A DNA stretch of 64,000 nucleotides, taken from assembly GCA_951813565.1 (NCBI GenBank), contig OX638351.1, positions 3,456,001-3,520,000 on the forward strand, given 5' to 3'. Position 1 is the stretch's first letter; each line of letters opens with the position of its first letter. The position numbers and the translations under genes were made by a program. Shown here piece by piece: positions 9,313 to 19,199 of the stretch. Source of the stretch: an uncultured Poribacteria bacterium. GTDB taxonomy: Bacteria; Poribacteria; WGA-4E; WGA-3G. The notes under the pieces were generated by a model. It was given only the letters and a program-made list of their open reading frames with translations, was not told the origin of the DNA and made no database searches.

Positions 9313-11217
9313 CTATTGATTAAAAACCACGGCTGTTAAATCCCATAACAGCACTGTGCCATCGTAGCTACTGCTTGCAAGCGTCTTACCATCAGGAGAA
9401 AACATAACGTCCGTGATCCTTGAAATATGCCCAACAAAGGTGTGTATTTTCTCTCCCGTTTTTGCATCCCATAGATAAACTACATCGTAGTAGCTTCCAC
9501 TTGCAAAAATACTTCCATCAGGGGAAAATGTGAGAGAAGTGACATCACCATGATGCGGAATTAGGGGTAAACGTAATTTGCCAGTTTCCACATCCCACAC
9601 ATGTATAATGTCATCTTCTCCGCCGCTTATAAGACTTGTGCCATCTGGCGAAAACACAATGTCATAAACATAGTCTGTGTGTCCAGTAAGTGTTTTTATG
9701 TGTTCGCCACTCTTGGAATCCCACAACATAACCGTGTTGTCCGAACTTCCGCTTGCGAGTTTGCTTCCATCCGGAGAAAACACAATGGAATTCACAGACC
9801 TTGCATGTGCCTCAAGCGTATTTAGCAGATCCCCGATAAGTGGTTGTTCACCAGTGCGAACCTCCCATAACCGGATGTTACCGTCGTGGTAGCCTGTAGC
9901 AAGTGTGTCACCATTTGGAGAATAGGCGATAGATTTCGCATTGGATCTACCATCACTGAAACTTCCCATGAACCTACCAGTTTGCACATCCCACAAGCGA
10001 ATTTTACTCACAGATGTGAGATTACGTCCGCTTACGATTGTATTCCCATCCGGAGAGAAAGCCGCAGCATAGAAAAAAGTGCGATAACCAGTAATGATTT
10101 TGAGAAGATCTCCTGTATGTAAATCCCACAATTGAAGTTTTACGCCGCCACCACTGGCAAGCATATTGCTATCTGGAGCATACGCAATTGAATGTAACTG
10201 ATACGTATGTCCAGTGATGGTTTTTGAAAGCGTCCAATCGTTACTGTTCCAGAACCGTACCGTGCCATCGTAACTTCCACTCGCAAGTATTGTGCCATCT
10301 GGTGAATATGTTAATGTTGAAACGAGTCTTTGGTGATATAGTGTTTTAAGTAGGTTGCCAGTGTTGATATCCCAAAGTCGAATTGTCTCATCACGGCTTG
10401 CCCCCGCGACCGTACGCCCATTGGGTGCAAAAACAACAGAATTGATAAATCCACCGTGCCCAGTGAGGGTTTTCAAGCGTTCTCTTGTAGCAACATGATA
10501 AATATATACCTTATTTGCTGCACATGCAACTATTTTGCCATCTGGGGAAAACGCCAAAGTTTTCACCGTAGTATCTGGGACATAGATAATATTCTGTTGT
10601 TCACCGGTATTTGCATCCCAAAATCGTAATGTCTGGTCTGCTGCCCCACTTGCAAGCATTTTGCCATCTGGAGAATATGCCACACAATACACTCCTCCTC
10701 CATGTCCCCAGAGCGTTTTTAGGAGTTCGCCAGTGTGTATCTCCCATAGCTGAATAGAATTGTCGTCACTACCACTCGCGAGAATCTGTGCTTTAGGACT
10801 AAATGCAACTGAACTCACGCCGCCGCCATGTCCTACAAGTGTCGCTTTATTCTGACCAGTGTGTGTATCCCATAACTCGATTCTGCCATCATTATTTCCC
10901 GTGGCAAATAGTTTGCCATCCGGACTAAAATCTACAGACCTGACGTATGTAGCATGTGCTGGTAGCAGATCAATTTCTTCTCCTGTCCGCACATCATATA
11001 TCCAAGTGCCAGCGGATGTTGCGACAGCGATTTTATTCCCATCTGGAAAATACTTAATGTTATATATTTTCCCTTTCCCGAAACGTGCTATAGCATCTGT
11101 CGGCAAACCCCAGCGTGTATATTCACCGGAGAAAGCGTTTTGCATAAAAATTGGATACATAACAGAAATTACAAGGAACACCGATCGAAACAGATTCATT
11201 TTACGCATGAAGGTCAA
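9313..11217 (-). CDS. Secreted WD40 repeat protein (start may be slightly downstream)
   Basis: Signal-like N-terminus, WGLPTDAIARFGKG motif, WD40 repeats. Confidence 0.92.
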   Translation of the reverse strand: MTFMRKMNLFRSVFLVISVMYPIFMQNAFSGEYTRWGLPTDAIARFGKGKIYNIKYFPDGNKIAVATSAGTWIYDVRTGEEIDLLPAHATYVRSVDFSPDGKLFATGNNDGRIELWDTHTGQNKATLVGHGGGVSSVAFSPKAQILASGSDDNSIQLWEIHTGELLKTLWGHGGGVYCVAYSPDGKMLASGAADQTLRFWDANTGEQQNIIYVPDTTVKTLAFSPDGKIVACAANKVYIYHVATRERLKTLTGHGGFINSVVFAPNGRTVAGASRDETIRLWDINTGNLLKTLYHQRLVSTLTYSPDGTILASGSYDGTVRFWNSNDWTLSKTITGHTYQLHSIAYAPDSNMLASGGGVKLQLWDLHTGDLLKIITGYRTFFYAAAFSPDGNTIVSGRNLTSVSKIRLWDVQTGRFMGSFSDGRSNAKSIAYSPNGDTLATGYHDGNIRLWEVRTGEQPLIGDLLNTLEAHARSVNSIVFSPDGSKLASGSSDNTVMLWDSKSGEHIKTLTGHTDYVYDIVFSPDGTSLISGGEDDIIHVWDVETGKLRLPLIPHHGDVTSLTFSPDGSIFASGSYYDVVYLWDAKTGEKIHTFVGHISRITDVMFSPDGKTLASSSYDGTVLLWDLTAVVFNQ

Positions 11218-11260
11218 CTCCTTTGAAACAAATCAATATCATCAATGTCTTAGAAAGCTA

Positions 11261-13231
11261 CTATGGATTAATTTCCCAAAAAATCATAGTGCTATCAGAA
11301 CTACCACTCATTAGCGTCTTACCATCAGGAGAAAAGACAACTGTGTTTATATAACCAGTATGTCCAGTAAATGTCTTCTTCAGTTTTCCTGTATTTATAT
11401 CCCATAGGTTGATCTCTCCTTGATCCCAAGGATTCGTCTCCCCGCGATGTGAACTGGCTAATGTCCGTCCATCAGGTGAAAACGCTACAGAAATAGTTGG
11501 CTTCTTTGGTCCGATAGATTTTATATGCTCACCGGTCTTTGTATCCCAGAAACGAATTATGTTATCATCGCTTGAACTTACAATCATATCTCCGGAAGGC
11601 GAGTATGCAACCTTGTTAATCCTATCGGCAAAATCTTCAATAGTCTTTAGGGTTTTACCGGTATTAACATCCCATATTCGGATTGTTCCATCACTCCCTG
11701 CACTCATAAGCGTATTTCCAGATGGAGAAAATGCCAGATCATGAATGTTTTGTTCATGACCTATGAACGAATTTATAAAATTCCCACTGTGGACACTCCA
11801 CAAACGAACTACTTTGTCATAACCGCAACTGGCGAGTATGCTTCCGTCAGAACTGAAAGCAACAGATGTAATTCTATCATCGTGTGCATTCATAATAATG
11901 TGATTTTGTTCTCCAGAGTCTACATCAAATATTGCCAAAGCACCTTCAGAATTTCCACAGGCGTATGTCATATTATCTGGTGAATAGGCAGTGCAAGTAA
12001 TTCTATTTAGCTCAGTGTCAACAGTTTTTTGTAGCGTAATTGTGTTTGTATCCCACAGTTGAAAATCACCTGGATATAATAAACATGCAAGAGTTCGCCC
12101 ATGCGATGCATACATTGCAAACCTGACTGATCCTACGGTGTGTCTATTAACAGTTTGTAGAAGATCCCCCGTAGCAATATCCCAAATACCTATAGTATTA
12201 TCAGAACCGTAGCTTACAAGCGTCCTGTCTTTAGGGTTGAATGTCACCGAATAGACTCTACGTCCATTTCCACTATGGGTGATTTTTATCTGCTTTTTGT
12301 TGACATCCCATACTCGAATCGTTCCATCATTACTTCCAGAAATTAGCATATTACTGTCCGGAAAAAATGCCATTGAATTGATACGTTCTTGATCGAGTTT
12401 GACACTTGGGTAGTTCGGTACAAGAGACATTAGGAATTCCCCCGTCTTTGTGTTCCACACATGTATTTTTTCATCGTAACCATAACTGGCAAGTTTTTCT
12501 CCATCAGGAGAAATCGTAACGCCAGAAACTCTGTCTACATGTCCAGCAATAGTTCGAATAGGTTCACCAGTCTGGACATCCCAAAACCGAATAAATTCAT
12601 CTCTGCTGCCACTTACCAGTGTGTTTCCATCAGGACTAAACGCTACAGAATAAACTCTATCGGTGTGGCCAGTTAACGTTGCCTTGATTTCACCTGTGTG
12701 TGAATTCCACAACCGAACAGTCTTGTCGTAACTACCGCTCGCAATTATGCTACCATCAGGACTGAATGCAATAGAATAAACACTTCCTGTATGACCGCTT
12801 AGTGTTGCCTTTGTTTCACCTGTATTGGAATCCCACAACCGAATAGTCTTGTCGTTACTACCGCTTGCAAGTTCACTTCCATCAGGGTTGAAACACAGTG
12901 AATAAACAGGACGCGTGTGGCCTGTGAGCAAATCAAGTTCTTTTCCTGTTTGTTTATCATAGATCCAAACACCTATTGAGCTCGCTACAGCAAGTTTAGT
13001 GTTGTCTGGAAAGAATGCGATATCATACACAAATCCCTTTCCAATACGGGCTTTTGCCCCTTCGGGTAAGTAATCTTTCATATATTCTTGCGCGAAAGCG
13101 TTTAGCAAACATGATACAGAAAAACTAAGAAACACAACAAGAAAAGTAAGCCTTGTTTTCATCAAACAAACCTCCATTTTTATACAAAAAGTTGCTATGT
13201 AAGCAGTGAATAACAACCCATACAGAATCAT
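11261..13231 (-). CDS. Secreted WD40 repeat protein (likely start ATG ~13162, MKTRLTFL)
   Basis: GGAGG RBS before MKTRL, LPEGAKARIGKG motif, WD40 repeats. Confidence 0.92.
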   Translation of the reverse strand: MILYGLLFTAYIATFCIKMEVCLMKTRLTFLVVFLSFSVSCLLNAFAQEYMKDYLPEGAKARIGKGFVYDIAFFPDNTKLAVASSIGVWIYDKQTGKELDLLTGHTRPVYSLCFNPDGSELASGSNDKTIRLWDSNTGETKATLSGHTGSVYSIAFSPDGSIIASGSYDKTVRLWNSHTGEIKATLTGHTDRVYSVAFSPDGNTLVSGSRDEFIRFWDVQTGEPIRTIAGHVDRVSGVTISPDGEKLASYGYDEKIHVWNTKTGEFLMSLVPNYPSVKLDQERINSMAFFPDSNMLISGSNDGTIRVWDVNKKQIKITHSGNGRRVYSVTFNPKDRTLVSYGSDNTIGIWDIATGDLLQTVNRHTVGSVRFAMYASHGRTLACLLYPGDFQLWDTNTITLQKTVDTELNRITCTAYSPDNMTYACGNSEGALAIFDVDSGEQNHIIMNAHDDRITSVAFSSDGSILASCGYDKVVRLWSVHSGNFINSFIGHEQNIHDLAFSPSGNTLMSAGSDGTIRIWDVNTGKTLKTIEDFADRINKVAYSPSGDMIVSSSDDNIIRFWDTKTGEHIKSIGPKKPTISVAFSPDGRTLASSHRGETNPWDQGEINLWDINTGKLKKTFTGHTGYINTVVFSPDGKTLMSGSSDSTMIFWEINP

Positions 13232-13712
13232 AGTACGACTGTATATTTCAAACGTCGTAGCGTCGAGATATTAGGTACTCAACCTATACGTTGACTTTGT
13301 TTTTTATAATATTGGTTCACTTGTGACTTAGCCAAGCCTCTATTGTAAACCGTTATACAGAATTTGTATGAATTACCGAATTTTGGTCTTGAAATTTCAA
13401 ATTTTAGATGGGATAGCTAAGAACAGATCTCAGCAAGATTATGAGGTAAACCCTTATCAAATACTATTTCAGTCTGTAGGTAGAACGAATTAAGTGGCAA
13501 CAATTATGATAGACACGAAGTAGACGCGCAAATACCTTAGCAAAAACACAACAAGAAATTGTAAATAGTGTGTAAGCTATTAAGAAATGTGAATGAATTT
13601 AGGATTTAAAGAAAATTGATAAAATCTGGCAGGCGCATTGGGAATTGACCTACCACAGTAAAAGAGTGGTTCATGATTTCTAAATGTATAACACAATTTA
13701 ATGTGTATAGAA

Positions 13713-13827
13713 GTAGGGTGGGATCAAATCAACACCGAACGTACGCATGACATTCGGCGAGAAATCAATCGTGATGCACAGACCTAATACAGCATCAGAT
13801 CCATGAATGTATTAAATGAACCACACC
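13713..13827 (+). repeat. REP palindrome interrupted by AATCAA-hairpin unit(s)
   Basis: gtagggtgggat [caaatcaacaccgaacgtacgcatgacattcggcg] agaaatcaatcgtgatgc...gaaccacacc. Confidence 0.55.
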
Positions 13828-13842
13828 GGTTAATTTGAATAT

Positions 13843-14010
13843 GTCATAGGTACCCACTACCTAAAGGTAGGGGCTTGTGCTTCCTTGCGACTGCGGTTTT
13901 CTCAGAGAGTTGACCGTCTTATTGTCGCTCCACTTTAGGCAGCCAAGCCTGCCCGTTTGATATTGATAGCAGCATTGGTGTCTCTGTCGTGGTGTGAACC
14001 ACATTCGGGA
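13843..14010 (-). ncRNA. Putative TnpB omegaRNA (reRNA) scaffold
   Basis: By established TnpB biology it spans the tnpB 3' end to the right-end hairpin. The 5' limit is approximate. Confidence 0.5.
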
Positions 14011-15047
14011 CATGTCCACTGTCTATCTGCGAGAGAGAGTTCTTTGTTATGGTATCCACAATCACTACAAGGTTTTGTTGTTGCTGTCCATTGAGAGATT
14101 TGGACAAGTTTTTTGCCGTGCTTCGCACACTTCTGTTCCAATATCTGAAGAAACTGGTAGAAAGAATGGTCAGAAACTTTACGCCCCCAAAGCCGTTTCA
14201 TACCGTCAAGGTTCAGCGTTTCAAAAATGAGTGTGTCAAACTCTACACAAAGTTTTGAGGCAAGTTTCCATTGCCAATCTTCTCTTTGTCGTGCCACCTT
14301 TCTGTGTTGCCTTGCCAAAGCACGACACGCACGATAATAGTTGTTAGAACCTTTGACTTTACGGCTCAGCGCTTTGCTCAAGGCTCGCAACTTTTTCAGT
14401 GATTGTTTGAAAAACTGCGGAGATTGTCCCTTGTTGCCTTCGTCGCTTGTGAGGAACGTTTTATTTCCATAATCAAATCCTGCGCTCTTACCCGTCTTGG
14501 GTTTGGGTTCGGAATCCTCAACATTCTCGCACGAAAAGCATATCCAATAGTCACCGCACCTGTCACATTTGATGGTGATCGTCTTGATTAGCCCTTTGAT
14601 CTCACGGTGTTTGTGAAAGGAAAACCATGTATCTATACAGTTGATCTTGATACGATTATCTTCAAGTTTGTAACCCGCTTGTGTAAACGTCATAGAGTTG
14701 TATTTGTGTCTCGGTTTGATTTTCGGTCTACCCACTTTACGGGTTGTCACCCCTGCTTTTCGGTCTTTTATATTCTGAAAAAAAGCGTCTCGAGATTTGC
14801 CGTAACGCAGGACAACGTCTTGAACAACTTGACTCGGCAAGTCCGCCCAATGCGGTTTAGTTGTCTTTTTAAGTTTTGTGACGTGTGCCTTCAAACGATA
14901 TATAGATATGTTTTTACCGAACATGCGATAATACCTACGTGCCAAACGCATGATATGCACATGGATTTCCCACATATCATCAAGCATATTACCAAGTTTG
15001 ATTCTGTTAGATTGGTGTTGAAGTTTGAACTTGTGAGATTTTCTCAT
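13935..15047 (-). CDS. tnpB: RNA-guided endonuclease TnpB
   Basis: RuvC motifs AGFDYG, FETLNL and HDRDTNAAINI, plus zinc ribbon CSDCG...CPECG. All appear intact. Confidence 0.93.
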   Translation of the reverse strand: MRKSHKFKLQHQSNRIKLGNMLDDMWEIHVHIMRLARRYYRMFGKNISIYRLKAHVTKLKKTTKPHWADLPSQVVQDVVLRYGKSRDAFFQNIKDRKAGVTTRKVGRPKIKPRHKYNSMTFTQAGYKLEDNRIKINCIDTWFSFHKHREIKGLIKTITIKCDRCGDYWICFSCENVEDSEPKPKTGKSAGFDYGNKTFLTSDEGNKGQSPQFFKQSLKKLRALSKALSRKVKGSNNYYRACRALARQHRKVARQREDWQWKLASKLCVEFDTLIFETLNLDGMKRLWGRKVSDHSFYQFLQILEQKCAKHGKKLVQISQWTATTKPCSDCGYHNKELSLADRQWTCPECGSHHDRDTNAAINIKRAGLAA

Positions 15048-15094
15048 TGACCACTTTGACCTTCAATATAGTCTTTTATCACTTCAAGAGCTAC
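15044..15094 (-). pseudogene. tnpA: C-terminal remnant of IS200-type TnpA
   Basis: Reads VALEVIKDYIEGQSGQ*, the catalytic-Tyr helix YIxxQ. Its TGA overlaps the tnpB ATG. Confidence 0.7.
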
Positions 15095-15277
15095 AATATA
15101 GTATGATATATTATACCACATTGTGATTAGATTGAAAAGTATATTTTAAATCAAAACTTTCGCCGTCTACATCCCCTACCTAAAGGCAGGGGGTTTGACG
15201 GGGAGTGCTAAATTTCCAACTGTTAATTATACTACATTTTTTATCTGATGGCAAATTTTTCCGAATATTTTTAACGC

Positions 15278-17218
15278 TCACTTATTTAGAACAGACGCTG
15301 ATAGGTCCCACAAAAGAATAGTACCATCATCACTCACACTCGCGAGTGTTTTTCCATCTGGTGAGAACACGACATGATTGACGCGCTGTATATGTCCGGT
15401 AAAGGTTTGCAGGTGTTGTCCTGTCTTTGCATCCCAGATATGGACAGCGTTGTTTTCCTCACTTCCGCTCGCGAGTTTGCTGCCATCACGGGAATATACC
15501 AGAGAAGTTACTTGTCCAGCTTCTTCTATTGCAGGAAGTAGTAGATCGCCAGTATGTGTGTTCCACAATCGGATTGTCCCATCCCCGCTTCCACTGGCAA
15601 GTGTGGTGCCATCTGGAGAATAAACAACAGCGGTAACGCCCTCTTCGTGTCCAGTGAGAGCTCTCAAATGTGCGCGCTTGTTTACGTTCCAAAATTGAAT
15701 CGTCTTGTCTTGACTTCCACCCGCAAGCACCTTTCCATCAGGAGAAAATACAACTGAAGTAACACTTTCCGGATGTTCAGTAAAAGCTGCCAACCGTTCG
15801 CCAATCAGGTACAGTTCACCCGTGCGAATTTCCCACAAATAGACCTGATTGTCAGTTCCACCTGTTGCAAGCATATTCCCATCGGGTGAAAAGGCAACTG
15901 AAGAAATTCTAACTTCATCAGACGCATGACGAAATTGGTGTTGATGTGCCCTAAAACTACCGAGAAACCGTCCTGTTTGCACATCCCATATACGTGCCTT
16001 CCTTGAAGTCCCTGCAGTAGAAAGTAATTTCCCATCTGGAGAATATGTTATAGAATAAACTTTTCGGTCCGGCACAGTAGAAGTTTTCAGCAATTCACTG
16101 GTCTGTGCATTCCATGTGTAAATTTTGTCTTCGCTGCCACAAGCAAGTGTATGACCATCAGGTGAATATGCTGCAGCGTAGATTTCAGAAGACATGTGTC
16201 CGGTGATGGTTTTTATGAGTTCCCCTGTGGCGGCATCCCAAAACTTAACCGTACCATCGTCACTTCCACTTGCGATTGTCTTTTCGTCCGGTGAATACAT
16301 CACAGAAGTCACTTCATCTTGATGTGTCATGCTTCTCAGGAGTTTTGCAGTGCTTACGTCCCAAACATCAACCTTATCCCAACGCCCCCCTGTGATCAGA
16401 GTGCGTCCATCACTTGAAAACTCCATTGATTTGAACTCTCCTACCCACTTTGTGTGGCTTCTTAAAAGTTTACCTGTCTGGACATCCCAAAATTGAAGTG
16501 GATCTTCCTTGCCACCAGCCAGTATCTTACAATCCGGTGAGAACACCGCAGCACTGAAATTTGTATTAATGAGAACATATTTTAAAAAATCACCTGTCTG
16601 TGCGTCCCAGAACTCAATATAGTCTTCGTGCCTATCGTCAAACCTAATTGTAAGGAGCATCTCACCGTCAGGAGAATATGCCATTGCATACATGTAATCG
16701 GCACCACATTCCGTAATAGTTTTTAAAGATTTACCTGTTTGCGCGTTCCAGAACCGAATCTTCCCGTCTTCGCTCGTACTTGCAAGCATCTTTCCAGTAG
16801 GACTAAACGTAATTAAATTTACATCATCTTCATGTCCAACACAGGTGGCTTTAAGTTTACTTGTGCTTGTGTCCCATAATTGGATTGTGTTGTCTTTGCT
16901 CTTGGATGCTAAAGTTTCGCCGTCTGGACTGAATGCTATTGACTTAACCGGTGATGTATGTCCCGTGAGCAGATCAAGTGCTTCTCCTGTTTGAACATCA
17001 TAAATCCAGATACCGATGGAGGTCGCGATAGCCAGGCGTTTTCCATCTGGAAAATACTTTACTTGATGTATTTTACCCTTTCCAAGACGCGCTTTGGCAC
17101 CGGCGGGTAACCCTAAACGAGTGTGATTTTGGGCGAAGCCAGTTGAAGACAAAAAAGCAAAGAGAAATAGCGTAGAAATCACTGGTAAAGCGGGTAATAA
17201 GAGGCAAATTATTTTCAT
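15278..17218 (-). CDS. Secreted WD40 repeat protein
   Basis: Start reassigned to ATG 17218 (AAGGAG RBS, signal peptide MKIICLLL). LGLPAGAKARLGKG motif and WD40 repeats. Confidence 0.92.
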   Translation of the reverse strand: MKIICLLLPALPVISTLFLFAFLSSTGFAQNHTRLGLPAGAKARLGKGKIHQVKYFPDGKRLAIATSIGIWIYDVQTGEALDLLTGHTSPVKSIAFSPDGETLASKSKDNTIQLWDTSTSKLKATCVGHEDDVNLITFSPTGKMLASTSEDGKIRFWNAQTGKSLKTITECGADYMYAMAYSPDGEMLLTIRFDDRHEDYIEFWDAQTGDFLKYVLINTNFSAAVFSPDCKILAGGKEDPLQFWDVQTGKLLRSHTKWVGEFKSMEFSSDGRTLITGGRWDKVDVWDVSTAKLLRSMTHQDEVTSVMYSPDEKTIASGSDDGTVKFWDAATGELIKTITGHMSSEIYAAAYSPDGHTLACGSEDKIYTWNAQTSELLKTSTVPDRKVYSITYSPDGKLLSTAGTSRKARIWDVQTGRFLGSFRAHQHQFRHASDEVRISSVAFSPDGNMLATGGTDNQVYLWEIRTGELYLIGERLAAFTEHPESVTSVVFSPDGKVLAGGSQDKTIQFWNVNKRAHLRALTGHEEGVTAVVYSPDGTTLASGSGDGTIRLWNTHTGDLLLPAIEEAGQVTSLVYSRDGSKLASGSEENNAVHIWDAKTGQHLQTFTGHIQRVNHVVFSPDGKTLASVSDDGTILLWDLSASVLNK

Positions 17219-17285
17219 TTGAATATGAACTCCTTTAAAGATTATGCAGCAGATGAAACTGTAGGCTATGCTAAAAAAATTATCA

Positions 17286-19181
17286 TTATTGCACATCCCA
17301 CAGCAGAATCGTACTATCCCATCCTGCTGTGGCAAGTGTCCGACCATCTGGGGAATATGACATTAACCAAACGTCCTGTATATGCCCACCGAAAGTTTGC
17401 CGTAATTCACCTGTGCGCGTATCCCAAATTCGAATTTTATCGTCCCTATGAATGCTGGCAAAGGTAAGACCATTTGGTGAGTAAGACAAATTTCTCGCCT
17501 TTGTCTCTGGTGTAATAATCTTATACGGTTCATCAGCATCCATATTCCAGAATTGAATTTTCCCATCCATATCTATATTTACAAAGGTTTCCAAACCATG
17601 TGAAAAAGAAACTGCGTGTCCAGAAATTGTTTTGACAGCCTCTCCAGTGTTAACATTCCAAAATTGGATTTCCGCATCGTTTGTGCTCACAAGTGTTTGT
17701 CCGTCCGGTAAAAATGCCAAAGTTCTGACATAATCCTCTTTCCATGTAAGTTCTTTTAGGTTTTCGCCAGTAGCGGCATCCCATATACGGATGGTCCCGC
17801 GCTTGTCTCCACTTGCCAGTGTTTTCCCATCAGGACTAAACGCAACTGATGAAATGCCGTCCTTATGTCCCACGAAAATCTGTCCGTGTTTATCTGTCTT
17901 TATATCCAGAAACCATATCGTATTATTTCTGCCATCTCCACAAGCGAGCGTCTTACCGTCCGGTGAATACGCAAAGCAATCCATCCTCTTTGGGACTGAA
18001 CAGACAGTTTTCATCAATTTTCTCGTTTGCGTATCCCATAAATGTAATCTATTGTCAGAACTTAGGATTGCAAGAATTTCACCGTTTGGGGAATACGCCA
18101 TTGAGCTTGTAAACATCTCGGAGTATCCTGTCCGAATTCGCTGTGGGGAACCAGTGGTAACATCCCAAAATCGAATTGTCCCGTCCCTATGTGCGTTTGC
18201 CAATGTGCTTCCATCTGGAGAGAAAACTATATGATCGGTAGTATTTGGCGAGCTTTCAATGGATTTGAGACGTTCACCTGAAGTAACATCCCAAAACTGT
18301 ATCACATCGTCTTCATAATTATTACTAACCAGTGTCTTTCCATTTGGATTGAAGACGACTGCATTAACACCCTCGGAATCAGTAGTTGCTGTGAACGTAG
18401 CCTTTAGCTGACCAGTATGAGTATTCCATAACCGGATTGTTCCATCATCACATCCACTTGCCAGTATGTCGCTGTCTGGAGAGAAAGTTATGGACGATAC
18501 ACCCCCAGTATATCCAATGAGAGAACATAGGAATTCTCCAGTGTGCGAATTCCACAGATGAATCATGTTATCTCTGCCATAACTTGCAAGCATTTCACCA
18601 TCTGGAGCATATTCTACTTCCAATACCCCGCCTGCATGTCCAGCAAAGGTGAAACGTAGTTCTCCAGTAGACACATCCCATAACCGAATTGTTTCATCGT
18701 CCCCACCGCTCACAAGAGTTTTTCCATCGGGGCTAAATGTAACCGATCTTACACCTTCAGAATGTCCTGTAAGAGTCGTTTTAAGTTTTTCGGTATGCGG
18801 ATCCCATAATAAAATTGTACCATTGTTACCATCATTTGCCAGAAGCTTATTATCAGGACTGAAAGCAACAGTTCCAGCTCCATCTATCCTTTCTGTGAGT
18901 AGTTTGAGTTCTTCACCAGTCTGCGCATCATATATCCAAATACCGATGGTGCCTCCTGCAGCAAATAAAGTGCCATCTGGGGAATACGTCATATCAAATA
19001 CGTAGCCTTTTCCCAAGCGCGCCTTGGCACCTTCCGGTAATTTCCACTTTGTAGAATCTTGAACAAGGTTATTTTGCATAGATGTTTTTCCTTTTGTTGA
19101 ACCATCGTTGCTGCTTTCTTGGTATAGTGTTGCTTCTAATCCCAATTTTATCAGAACAACCGACTTACAATTGGAGGGCAA
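17286..19181 (-). CDS. WD40 repeat protein with residual sigma-fusion linker (start uncertain, possibly 19079)
   Basis: SNDGSTKGKTSMQNNLVQDSTKWKLPEGAKARLGKG matches the post-TM linker of the sigma fusion. No signal peptide. Confidence 0.85.
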   Translation of the reverse strand: MPSNCKSVVLIKLGLEATLYQESSNDGSTKGKTSMQNNLVQDSTKWKLPEGAKARLGKGYVFDMTYSPDGTLFAAGGTIGIWIYDAQTGEELKLLTERIDGAGTVAFSPDNKLLANDGNNGTILLWDPHTEKLKTTLTGHSEGVRSVTFSPDGKTLVSGGDDETIRLWDVSTGELRFTFAGHAGGVLEVEYAPDGEMLASYGRDNMIHLWNSHTGEFLCSLIGYTGGVSSITFSPDSDILASGCDDGTIRLWNTHTGQLKATFTATTDSEGVNAVVFNPNGKTLVSNNYEDDVIQFWDVTSGERLKSIESSPNTTDHIVFSPDGSTLANAHRDGTIRFWDVTTGSPQRIRTGYSEMFTSSMAYSPNGEILAILSSDNRLHLWDTQTRKLMKTVCSVPKRMDCFAYSPDGKTLACGDGRNNTIWFLDIKTDKHGQIFVGHKDGISSVAFSPDGKTLASGDKRGTIRIWDAATGENLKELTWKEDYVRTLAFLPDGQTLVSTNDAEIQFWNVNTGEAVKTISGHAVSFSHGLETFVNIDMDGKIQFWNMDADEPYKIITPETKARNLSYSPNGLTFASIHRDDKIRIWDTRTGELRQTFGGHIQDVWLMSYSPDGRTLATAGWDSTILLWDVQ

Positions 19182-19199
19182 CTTGCGTCAAAGTAGCAT

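Larger units (their letters stand above)
13843..15207 (-). mobile_element. IS200/IS605-family element (tnpB with tnpA deleted)
   Basis: Matching subterminal hairpins ccc(a)ctacctaaaggtagggg (13853-13873) and cccctacctaaaggcagggg (15173-15192) flank tnpB. Right end ends in TGAC. Exact boundaries are inferred. Confidence 0.8.

Noticed and set aside
17219..17347. N-terminal extension of the 689-aa ORF
   Set aside because: It overlaps the upstream gene's end. The RBS and signal peptide support ATG 17218.
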